NCBI GenBank assembly: GCA_964035545.1
Contig: OZ037766.1
Location: 31,920,773-31,984,772, forward strand
DNA: 64,000 nucleotides
From: Bugula neritina
Taxonomy: Eukaryota; Animalia; Bryozoa
Direction: 5' to 3'
Both the position numbers and the translations under genes were made by a program. Positions 25,801-38,200 of the stretch are shown one piece after another. The notes beneath the pieces are model-generated. The model saw only the letters and a program-made list of their open reading frames with translations, ran no database searches and was not told the origin of the DNA. Every line of letters begins with the position of its first letter. Within the stretch, counting starts at the first letter, position 1.

Positions 25801-28420
25801 ACTGAGAATATAAATTGAATACAAAATATTGAGCCGAGTTAGAAAATAGTTTATTAACTGTGGCTTGTTGAGAGAGGCTTCAGTATTACTCATATCCCAA
25901 TGGGAACTTGTTTGCTCTTGGAATTAAGTAAATACACAATTATTTAGCAAATCAATGAAAAGCATAGCAAGGCATTCAAGCATTTGATTACCTCTATGCA
26001 TTTGAATTCAATGCTTGCAATGCTAGTCCAAAATGTTAAACTAGTCTAATGTTTGTGTGGATATGACTTTTCTCTAGCACTTTGCTGTTATATAAATAAC
26101 TTATGAAATTGCAAATTATTTTCGTTTTCTTTTTTTAAATCGTTTTTTATAACTAAAAATTGTAATGCAATTGTACAAGCTTAATCTGTATCCAGTATTT
26201 CATTTGGTGGACATTTTTTTTATAAAAACTGTCGGCCAGAGCTAACATTGAAATAATCTAGTACTTTGTCTGAATAAGGATATGGTTTGGGCTGCTACTC
26301 TGAATCCCCCTTACTAAATGTATGGTTCTGCATGGAACACTGACTATTTCTAACATTTATCAAATTCTTTTGGGGGATAAACTGTGACTTGCCAAGTAGT
26401 CGCCTTTAAGCAGTCATTCAAACTCTGACAATGGAGTGTTAAGTGGAGGAATGAGGTGGGATTTGGAGAGTATTCTAATAAACTACACACACTTTACTGA
26501 AGAAAACTTCATTTCCTTTTGTAAAACTTGTTGGCATTTCAAACTCCGTAGTCATTGCTTCATTTCTTTCCAAGGAATTTCCAGAGTTTAATTGATTCTC
26601 AACTTTCCAAGACATTCATACAAGTAGGCTGAAGGTAATAAGGAGCTACCTGATATAGCGAATACTAGTGCTTAGTTTCCTTGTGTTTAGTAGGAGATTA
26701 GGAGCTACTGGACTGGGCTTGCTGCCCCCCCCCCTCCAAGTGCTTGGTGTTACTAAGCCTAGCAGTCATTCTTGTTGGAATCTTTTGTGCTTAATGGTGG
26801 CTGTGTTTGCTTTAAATGACTGCCTTTGTAAGGCGTACAGTTTCGGGTGTGGATATTGAAGAAACCTGATACGGGGCTGTTGAAAACACTTGAATGGCTA
26901 CTTGCATTTAAGAGCTGATGAAAGGAAGTGAAATGGAGTTTTAATTTTAGACCTACTCTAGTAGTCTATTGTGTATGCAGCAGGTACAGCTTGTAATGCT
27001 GATGAATACCTACTTCACTTCCTGACGTGTCCCTGTGCTATGTGCTGTCCCTGTGCTATGTGCTGTCCCTGTGCTATGTGCGTAAATATCTAGCAGTTTA
27101 GGTAATAAGAACGACTCTACAGACAGGACTAAATAAGGAGTTATATTTTAATGCAAAGGTTGAGAAAGTTAGAATTTTCCTTTCGAAAAGTTTGCTGTTG
27201 CTTGACAAGCTTGCAGCTTCACAATCTACTGGCCAAGTTGAGTTTCAACTCCATTCTAACAACTCAACAGCTCAGAGTTGGTAGTTATTATCATTTAACT
27301 AAATGATAGATTGATAAAAGTTTGTTTACACTGTGATTGGATATATGGGTCATTGCGTGAATGTAGATAGGGGAATTAAGAAAGTATTTGTGACAATATA
27401 TTGCCTTTCTGATTCACACTCCCATCTCACTCTGATAAGGTGACTAGTCTACCACTACTTCATCACTCTACTAATTCTCTCTCAGTTCTCACACAGTGAC
27501 AGAATAGTTAGGTTAGTGTCTTCCCTCCCTAAGTTCAAGTGTTGGCTACTTAATTGCGACTTGGTGGGGTTGCTAATAACCTTTTAGCCACAACGAATAA
27601 TTTATGAAAACAACCATAAAGGTTTGTGGCTTTTTCAACACGAATATCTAATAAACCACAGCTGTATTTCGGAAGAAGTTTTGTTGAAACAATAGCTTGT
27701 GATAAACCAGTCTCGTTACATGCTCAGTCTAGTGTGTTCTTTCATTGACAAAATAGATTTTCTGTAGCAATTTATTGACTGAGTAGCTAGAGTTTATTAA
27801 GCAGGATGTCCATTACATAGCTGAATAGACTCTATTGTGTTACACTGCATTATTCACTTCACTCGTTGTCTTTTACTCTCCTTTTTCTGCTTTTCATCTC
27901 AAAGAGCTTGTTGATGGATTCCAGCAGCTGATGAAATGGATACTTTGTTATTTTAACTGCTTGTACAATGTAACATTCTGCCTTGCTGTAACATGCTGCC
28001 TTGCTGCCTGCTAGTCTATTGAACTGTCAAGCTGCCTTGTGTTAGGTAATCAGTTTATTCTAGAACTGATTTCACAATCTTGTGTGGTTGGGAATTTAGT
28101 GCAAAGATGTCAGGATTTGGGGCTACCTTCTTATGAAAATAAAGTGTAGCCTGAGAGTCTCGAGTTGTCACAAGACTGACCCAAGATGTCTTCAGATTGC
28201 TGTGTAGTAGCTGCAGGTTGATACCTATCAGAGATTAGTTACCAAGTAATGGTCACGCTATGACAATTATTTGACTGATTGTACAGTTACCAGTTACCAG
28301 TCTTGCGTAGTACCTGTAGAGTCATCTTTATCATATACACTTTTGGTGTTAATGGCTGACTGCCTTTAACGACTTAGCAAATATTTATCAGTAAATATTT
28401 TAAATGCAATAAGGACGATA

Positions 28421-28601
28421 CCGTGCTCTCTCCATATCTCACAAATCTATTTCCATAGGTCACCAAGAAGGGTTAGGCCCCCGTTTTGTGGCTTAAGCAT
28501 GTGTGTATAGAACAGATTCATGGGTTGAATGTGGTAATCTAATATGGAACGAATTGAGGTTTGGAGGACCCACAGCTTAGTGAGATGTAGAGAGAGCACT
28601 G
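28421..28601. mobile_element. Tc1/mariner-type MITE (~181 bp)
   Basis: Imperfect ~22-bp TIRs (ccgtgctctctccatatctcac / gtgagatgtagagagagcactg) flanked by TA on both sides (28419-28420, 28602-28603). Confidence 0.65.
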
Positions 28602-29215
28602 TATTTTGGCCATCTCAAATTCCTAAACAGCTTATTTATTTCGACAACAATATAGATCAACTTTTCCACCTTACGTTCCTCTTCTGCAACTAATACCTCT
28701 TTGTTCAGAGATCTTATATCTCCAGTCAGTCTCCAGACTCAGCTCTCAGAACTGGTTTAATTGAACCTAATAACAATTAAAGCAATGATAATTATTTTTA
28801 ATTTCTAACTTCTGAGTCATGTGGTGGTATAATAAATCCAGATTTAAATTCTTCTCCCTGTTTAACAAGTTAAAATATTCATGAATGGCTATACCTGCCA
28901 TAAGCCTCCAGATATTTTATTTAATGTATTTTTTCTGCATAATTATCTTTCAATTTAGGCATTTTCCTAAGAATTGAAATGATATATTTATGATTGTCAT
29001 TTCAGTTCATTAGACAAGATTAAAGCCTACAGTTTGGCCAATTCTCTGTGTGAATGTTATAATTCCCCGTTGCCATGGAGACGAACATGCTCTAGCAGTC
29101 CCAGCACATTCCTATTTATCTTATTTGACTGTTTCAGGTACACCTGCTGGCATTTCTTTGTTCACGTGGAGAGGGATGGGGATCTCCATTTTGATGGTAA
29201 ATCTTTCTGTCTAAA

Positions 29216-32200
29216 ATGACGGCTAAATGGCACTTCCGCCGCTGGCACTTCGCCAGAGTCAGCCTGTTTTTGATACACATGCTGTCTTTGGCCACTGATG
29301 CCAGTGGTTTGACCTTCACACGACCTTCTTATACAGGGAATATTAAGGAATGTTCTGTAGCATGTGAGAAATTATATGTGACTACAGAGCATAGGATGGG
29401 CATTCATACCCCCAACCCAAGTGACGTAGCAAATATTAAATACCGCATCACCAAGTCCAGTCGTACTTCCGATCCAACCAATCAGTTTAAAGCCGAACTT
29501 CTGAGAGTCGGAGACTTTGCGTTCCTCTTCATCAGAACTAAAACAGACGGCTCAACGAATCTCAACCGAGAGTGGAAGTCATTCTACTCCCTCAATGTCA
29601 AAGCTGTGATAACTTTTACCAACGGGACACAAGAAGACACTGTGACTAGGGTAGACGTTACCATACTAGATATCAATGATGCCCCACCTCTATTCACTCA
29701 ACTCAAGTATATGTTTGATGTTCCGGAATCTACCGACTTATTCTCTACTGTCGGCAATGTCCAAGCTACGGACGCTGACGAAGGGTTTAATGCGGAGATC
29801 TACTACTCCTTTGAGGACTGGATGCCGGAGTTTGCAGTACACCCCACCCTCGGCGATGTTTACAGTACAAGAAACATGACTACCACAAGTAAGTGTGCTG
29901 ATAGGAAGCATAACTCCTCAAACTATCTTATACAAACTCATTAGAACTGATGTTAGCTGTTTCTTGCATTGAACTATGACTTCTATATATTGCAAGTTTT
30001 AGTTGAATGGTTTCTTATGTATGAGTATTATATGGCATAGACTGTAAAGCTAGTACAATTTCTATATGCCATAGCTTGTGCTTGTAAACCATTGCCCTGT
30101 CTCTTAATTGCAGCTAAAAGACAGTATTCCAACTACATAGTGGCCTCCAACAGAGGGTCTGGTCGTCAGACTAAAGCTGAAATTGTTTTCAACATTATTC
30201 AACGAAATGACAACACCCCAGAGTTTATTGTCAACGACAGACCCCCAGTCAATGCGTATGCACCTGTGGGAATCACTATCCTGCTGATAAAGGTAACGTA
30301 AAAAGTCAGCATAGCGTTCATAGAGTCACCAGTGTTTCTCTGTAAACAATATAATTGATAGAATCAAACAGTAGTTGGCTATTGGTTGTATTTCTGCTGT
30401 TCGTATGACAAGACTATCAGTATACAGGAAGTGTACACTGTGACGTTACTTTCTATTAGTCGAGATGAAGCAGTTATCAATATGCATCAGCTAATGCTAA
30501 TCTGTGTGCATTTCCTGTTGAGGTCATGGCCGTGTCGGGTCCACTCTTACTCACTATCTTTCTTGAAGATTAGTTTCTTTGTGTTTCAAGAGAGAGGCGT
30601 GACACCCTCCCATCTTTACTAATATTATGGAACTTAGACTATAGTTGTCTCTTTCTAAGGTGTTGGACGTTGACTCGGGCTCCAATGGAGACATTCAATC
30701 TGTGGAGATCATATCAGCAACGAGCTCCAACATCGGAGATGTGAGACTATATTTTAGCCTGAGGCCCACACCTCTCTCTCAACCCCACGCTGCGGAGTAT
30801 CAACTGCAAGTCGCCGAATCTTTACGTGATATCGGACATCAGGTACGCCAGCCCTAAGGCTACCCCAGCCCTGAGACCACATAGAAATCATGCTAAGCTC
30901 ACTTACTTATATTTACAGATGGCTAATCTTGCTATTTAGATGTGGTGTGATAAGAAAATACCTTCAGTTCAACACACTACTAATGTTATCAGTAAAATTG
31001 CTGTAATACTCACGAGACTCACTAAGTCATTGTGAAATTAAATGTTTGACATTTCAACTATTTTGACTGCTGGCTGAAAAAACTTGAACTAAAGTGGTTT
31101 CTTTCTACACTCCTTTAGTTCCACTCTACACTCCTTTAGTCCCCCTCTACACTTCTGTAAGCAGAATACATATACTTTGTGTTTCCTCTCTTTCCTTACA
31201 TTATATAAAAAAAGAATTTTCTAAACTGAAGTTTGCAGGTAGATGTAGAGTAGTACTCAAACTGAATACTTGTGACTTCCTTGCTTGTATAATCAAGTCT
31301 TTTTGGCTACTCTGGACATCATATACAAATTGGTGTGAGATAGTATTCCCGAACTTGTTAGTATAGATGATTGTGACTAGTCTGTGAGTTTGTTTGTCAG
31401 GTGAACATAACCATCCAGGCCTGGGACAATGGTACCCCAGTCAAGTCTTCTACTACTACCATATCCCTGGATGTTATCACGTCCAACAAAGAGCTACAGG
31501 AAGAGGAGACTGTGTTCCTAGAGATAGATGAGGGGTTGCCCGCTGGTGAGTGTTTAGATCACAGGCTAATCTCTAGCAGCAGTTGACCAATCAGCTTTCT
31601 TGTTAGAACTCCAGTTAGTTCTACTAATAAATGCATTTGGTTGTCAGGTACCCCGCTGCACTACATAGCTCCACCCAAAGATTCCCTCGACGCCACGTAT
31701 CGGATAGCCTCGGATGACCTTGATGTCTTCAGAGTTCACTCCACCAGTGGCGTTCTCTTTCTCAAGAAACCTGTCGACGCTGAGAAAAGCTATCAAACTC
31801 GTCTTGAGGTTCGTTTGGTCTGCTAGTTTCAATAACTGAGAAAGTTTTTTTCTAGAAATCATGAAAGTTTTCTCAATTGTCTGATCATACCACATACTTT
31901 TTATGCTTTATAGGATCAATATTTTATATCATCAGTGTTTTAATAATTAATATTTTACATAGAAAAGCTTGGAACTAACTGGCTGTAGCTCACACATGTA
32001 CAGCAGAAGAACATGTTATATATTATAGGAACCTATTTCTACAGTTGATAGGAGTTTAGATGCAGAGAATATCTTTATACTTGAAACATAGTAATACTAA
32101 AATACTGAAACTAGACTTGAAAACCTCTCTTAGTTTAAGCTGCAGTACTCCATGTTGGTTTTGTTGAACTGGTTTAGCTGGCTGTAATTTAGTTTATAAT

Positions 32201-35200
32201 TGTTTTTAGTATTCATACTATGTTTGCTGAGATAGACAAAAGGGCTGTGATTAGCTACACCATATGTCAATAGTTGGTCACTTCTCTATTGTGTGTCCGT
32301 GAAATTAGAAAATACTTTTCCTTAGAATTCAGTTTGTATAGAGCTTTATATTTGTCTAGTGTTTGGATTAGTGTGGGGCGAGCATTTGGTGAAATCAACT
32401 AACAAATTACAAAGCATTTGATATCAATTTATTTCAACTTCAATAATAAACTCCTTGTTAAAGTGGTGGGCTGAATTTACCTGCACTAACTTATCTTGAG
32501 GCCAAGTTGAGGCTTTTATTTATTAAATGTATGATTTTAAATGCAAATAGGAAAAAATATTTTCATTTTGTAACTGCTGATACCATTTGTGCCAGTACTA
32601 CGACTACTGCTACTACCACTACCACTAGCGCTACTTTTACTACTACTAATACTACTACTGCTACTACTACTGCTACTGCTACTACTACCATTTTCATATT
32701 GCAGGTTCGACTGAGAGCCAAGCTAAGTGTATTGGAAAGGTTTGAATATACCGTAAAGTTCATAGTCACCATACGAGACGAAAATGACAACTCCCCTGTG
32801 TTTTCATCTTCAATAGAAAAACCAGTTGCTGAAAATAGCCCTGTTGGTAAGCAGTTCTTTGGGTCAACATTTATTATATTATATTATAGTATATTATATT
32901 AGATCATATTGTATTATATATGCGCTATCTGCACTATATAGACTTTGCATACATATATATAATAGCCTAAAGTATTATGCTTTTAAAATTCACAAAAATG
33001 TTATAATACAACCAAAAACTGCTAACAATATACACTGTGTTGTAATAGTGCCAAATGTGTTGTAGTAACCTACTAAGTTACAGTATGTCGCTGCCGTGTG
33101 TTTCAGGCACCCTGGTGACTATTGCTAGTGCGACAGATGCTGACTCCGGAGACAATGCTCTCATCACGTACTCTCTCACCAACTCTGACCAACTTCCTTT
33201 CCAAATTGACCCGTTCAATGGAGAGGTTAGTGGGATTCCTTAACCATGATCACCCTATATACTGATATATATTTATATATACTGATATACATTTATATAT
33301 GCTGATATACATTTATATATACTGATATATATTTATATATGCTGATATATATTTATATATGCTGATATAAATTTATATATACTGGCGTATCAGTACGTAT
33401 AAGTATATATTTGTAATATATCAGTATATATCATGATATCTACTGATATATCATGATATCTACTGATATATCATGATATCTACTGATATATCATGATATA
33501 TATATACACTAATCTATACTGGTATATCATGATACCACTATATATTACGCCACCTAATTATTTGAACAGTTTCCACAACTCAACCTGCCTATGCTTTTCT
33601 GACAGCAAAATGGCCACCATTTTCAATAATTTAAACTTTCATAATTAACATAAACCAACAGGTGAATGTTTTTATTTAAGAATTTGAAATTTAAACTTTG
33701 TGGGAGCGGAAACTTTGTTGCATCATTTTTCTGCCAAGTTATGTGAAGCTACTAAAGAGTAGAGCCAAGCATTCCCAATAGAATTAGCAACACAAGCCCC
33801 TCTGGGAACCTCATAAATAATACATGCAAATGACTAAATACAAACTGCAGTGAAGGGCATGTATGAGTTGCTGATAGGTCTTACATAGTCTGCATACTCT
33901 TACAGTCTGCATAGCCTCACACTCAAATTAACGGGCAATAAAAGTGCCATCTGTCTAATTTTCGAAGGGGTTTGAAAGAGTGTTGAGACTTTAGAAGGAA
34001 ATAAAACATGCAGGAAAATCAGGCTGAGTCTAGCAGTCATGCCTCTGAGTACAAGTAGATGGACCGAGTTTGATTAGTTGCCAAACCTATCTGAAGTTTC
34101 CAATTTAATTTAACAGACTGTTTAATCTTTGATCTCAGTGCTCCTGTAGGCTTCAAAATCCGTTCCTATCATATTTTTTTTCAACTCACTTTGAAAACTT
34201 TTTTTAGTACTTTTTTATTGTGGGCCTCTATGTTAAAATTAGGGAAATATTTGTAGTTTCTTGAGTAAGTCATTTTTTTTCGGAGTATATTGTGTGGATA
34301 CCTTGTCACTGCAATAATTTATACATTGTTGAAGAACTCAAGCTACTTGCTCAGTGAAGAACTCAAGCTATTTCCTCCAACTATTGAGAGCACTTGCTAG
34401 CTTCTTACACAAAGTTACAATGAGTATTATCAAGAGTTACAAGCTGGCTTATTGCTGTTCAAATAGTGTCAAATGTTACTTCAGTAATTAGCTTCTATCA
34501 GTGTATCAGAATATCAACTCATAATTTGGTTTGTTTGAAGATACGATTAAGTGGCAGCATAGACTACGACATAGGACCTAAACTATACCACCTGGCAGTG
34601 CGGGCATCAGATAGGGGCTCCCCTTATCGACGGGAGACAGAGAAAGTGTTCACTGTGTCTGTGGAGAATGTCAATGATAATAAGCCTATATTTGAATATG
34701 CCAGATGCGAACTCAAACTGTCTAAGGTATGTTTTGTGCGTCACATGTTTTTGATTATATTTTAATTAAGTTGCAGAAAGGGTAAAATACAGACTGTCAT
34801 ATTTTGCATGATTCTCCATAAAAATAGGATGATATGTTTAACTTTTTGAAAACTACTTATAAGACCTGCTGTATTGTGAAGTTGAGTTTCGGTGTTGATG
34901 TTGCAGGACTTATCAAGTGATTACAGAGTTAGTCAAGTTACGGCTAGGGACTTAGATGGCTCGCTCAACTCGCTGACGTACAGTATAAGGTCAGCGACAC
35001 TCTCCCACACTCTGCTCAGTATACACGCTGACTCTGGCATCGTATCCACAACTGAGTCCCTCCACCCCTATGTAGACAGAACCTACTCCTACTATGTATC
35101 AGGTAGTGTATACTGTATCAGGTAGTGTGTATCAGGTAGTGTGTACTGTATCAGGTAGTGTATACTGTATCAGGTAGTGTGTACTGTATCAGGTAGTGTG

Positions 35201-38200
35201 TATCAGGTAGTGTGTACTGTATCAGGTAGTGTATACTGTATTAGGTAATGTATACTGTATTAGGTAGTGTGTACTGTATCAGGTAGTGTGTATCAGGTAG
35301 TGTATACTGTATCAGGTAATGTATATTGTATCAGCTAGTGTATACTGTATCAGGTAGTGTATAGTGTATCAGGTAGTGTGTATCAGGTAGTGTATACTGT
35401 ATCAGGTAATGTATACTGTATCAGGTAGTATGTACTGTATCAGGTAGTATATACTGTATCAGGTAGAATGTATCAGGTAGTGTATACTGTACCAGGTAGT
35501 GTATACTGTATCAGGTAGTGTATACTGTATCAGGTTTATTTAGACTGGGTTCCTTCTCTTATAGTTTCTGATGGGTCACACACTGCAGAAGAGCCCCTAG
35601 AGTTTATTGTGAAGATCGAAGACTCTGTTCCCAACTATGTGCAGGTGGAATGCTCAGAGTCTGCTGCTAAGAGAACTTACCAAGATGCCCTGAAGGTACT
35701 TTATTCCTAGCCACGGATATTTATAACTTTATTAATTATTATAATGAGCTGATCTCAGCAGCATTAATTTGTTATTAATTATCATAAAACAGAAGCAATT
35801 CATTAACTAAGTTATCCAGCTTGCTCCATTAACTCTAGTTACTAGCTTTGATTTGCTAAGCTATTTGCTTAAGGTGACTAAAGGTTTCACTTGTTTGCAC
35901 AGTTTTCTACTAGAGATTTTCAATTTGAGTTTTTGAACTTTTGGAGGCTTACAAGAGAACATAATGCCCTCTCATTGATGTCTACCATTTCACCTCCCTC
36001 TCATTGATGTCTGCTATTTCAGCTTTCTTTCATTGATGTCTACTACTTCACCTCCCTTTCATTGATGTCTACCATTTCACCTCCCTCTCATTGATGTCTG
36101 CTATTTCAGCTTTCTTTCATTGATGTCTACTATTTCAGCTCTCTTTCATTGATGTCTACTGTTTCAGCTCTCACAGGAAGTAAACCCGAGCCGTGAAGAT
36201 CTCGTGTTGTCGTCCACTGAGCACCTGACCAATCATCACAGACCTGTGTTTGCTGACGAGTTTGTCACTTCCTCCACACAGTACTCGCTGCCCGAAGATT
36301 TGCCCCTCGGCAGCATTGTCACTCACATCACAGCCTCCGACGAGGACTTTGGTTTTGCCGGGCTTATACAGTACACAATTGCTGACGGCAATTCCCTAGG
36401 TAAGGGGCTGGATTGTGTGGCCAGTCAGGTGTGTCTCTACCAACGAGACTCAGTAGTTGATGTCCCTTTGCTTAGTCTAGACTACCTGTAACAAGTTTGT
36501 AAAATAGATTTTCGCAGCCTCAAAGGTGAAAAGTGTAGTGAATATGATATTGATTGGCTAATTTATGAAATATTTTAGTTGTTATTTGCTTTTCTAAAAA
36601 GAGTCCCAACAGAGTTCGTGGAGCCAGTCACCATTTATGAAATATTTCAGTTATTTGATTTGCTTTTTTAAAAATGAGTTCGTGGAGCCAGTCACCAGTC
36701 TTGAGCTCACTACAGGGACTGAGTCCCAGTGATTTATGTTATTAGTTGTTAATGTTTTGAGGTAATTAATCTGTCGGCTTAGCATACCTGCCATTATCTC
36801 AATGACAATCAAAACCATTATATTTGGGGTTGTAATCAAAGAAACATTTGGGTGGGTTTAACAGTTGCCTGCACTTGGATAATAGACTAGTTGTTAGAGT
36901 ATTATTGTATTCTCAATTTCTCTGATTGTTATCTCAGCACAAAGAAGTGGCTTATTATTGCAGTTAAACTCCACATATTATATATTCAAAATGAGAGGAA
37001 AACAACTATTGGCACTGTTTCCTAACTCACCTGTATTACATAAGGAAGCCTGGCTCAGTTGTTAGAGTCAGCGGATCAATGCTGTCTTTATTTCATCAAA
37101 ACATCTGCTAATTCTCCTCCCTAATCCTTAAGGCAGATGGTCTGGTTATATAGTCCAGTTGTTTTACATGCTGACAACAGTTGGCTTGTGACAACTTATA
37201 ATTATTATATAATAAGCTTATATCTTCTTAATTATGCCTTTAATTAACTCTCCAAACATATGGCTTGTAAGCAATATCCATTTCAATCAGTTCAACTGAT
37301 TCTGACCTTGTAACGAGGTTCATGATTGGCTAGTTATGTCCAATTGGTTGGGAAAAGTTTTAACGTATAGTCAGAAGACAGTGCTGCTAGTGCTGGTCTT
37401 ATGTTACTTGTTAGTTGATGTCACATGACATGTCACATGCCACCTGATGTCACATGTCATGTCCAGTCAAATAGACATGGATTTCAAATAGATTTTATGT
37501 AGCAGGTTACTCCATTATCTTTCATTTCTACCAAACCTAAGAAAGGTTGCTGAGGAATGTCTTGCCAAAAGAGTATGAGATTTTCCTGTGAAAGGCTATA
37601 GGCATGTCCTCACTGCTGTTTATTCATCCTTTGCAGGTCACTTTGCTATCAACGGTAGCACAGGAGCTCTGATAGTGTTTGCGCCTCTAGACAGGGAGAC
37701 GATTCCCAGGTACACTCTCACAGTTGTAGCCTCAGACAGCGCTGATCGTAACCCTAAGAACACGTCCATCATTATCAGGTAAGGCTGGGCGGGAGTCCAC
37801 CCTCGAGTTTTTCCTTGATTGAGTGTAAAATGCTGACTAATTCTACTATAGTATTTTAATAATACTTGCAACTGGTTAAAATTCATTTAACTTATAAATT
37901 ATTGGTGAATAATTAATGTGGGATCACCTGAGCTAGTTGGTAGTAATTATAATAGTCATAGTGTTATTGCTATATATTGTACAGTATATATATTATTTAT
38001 ATTACTAATAAATATAACGTGCTTTGAATCTACAGGCTGAACATACTAGACGCTAACGACAACTCCCCGAGGTTTCTCAGTGATCTCTACTATGAAGCTT
38101 ACATTAATGAAACTGCTAGCATTGCTACTACGGTGTTACAAGTCATGGCCCGGGATGATGATATCGACAACAATGGCAGAGTAAGTATTGTGTTGGTACA

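Noticed and set aside
26905-27010. CTGATGA…GAAA, hammerhead-ribozyme-like core
   Set aside because: No complementary stems around the core motifs.
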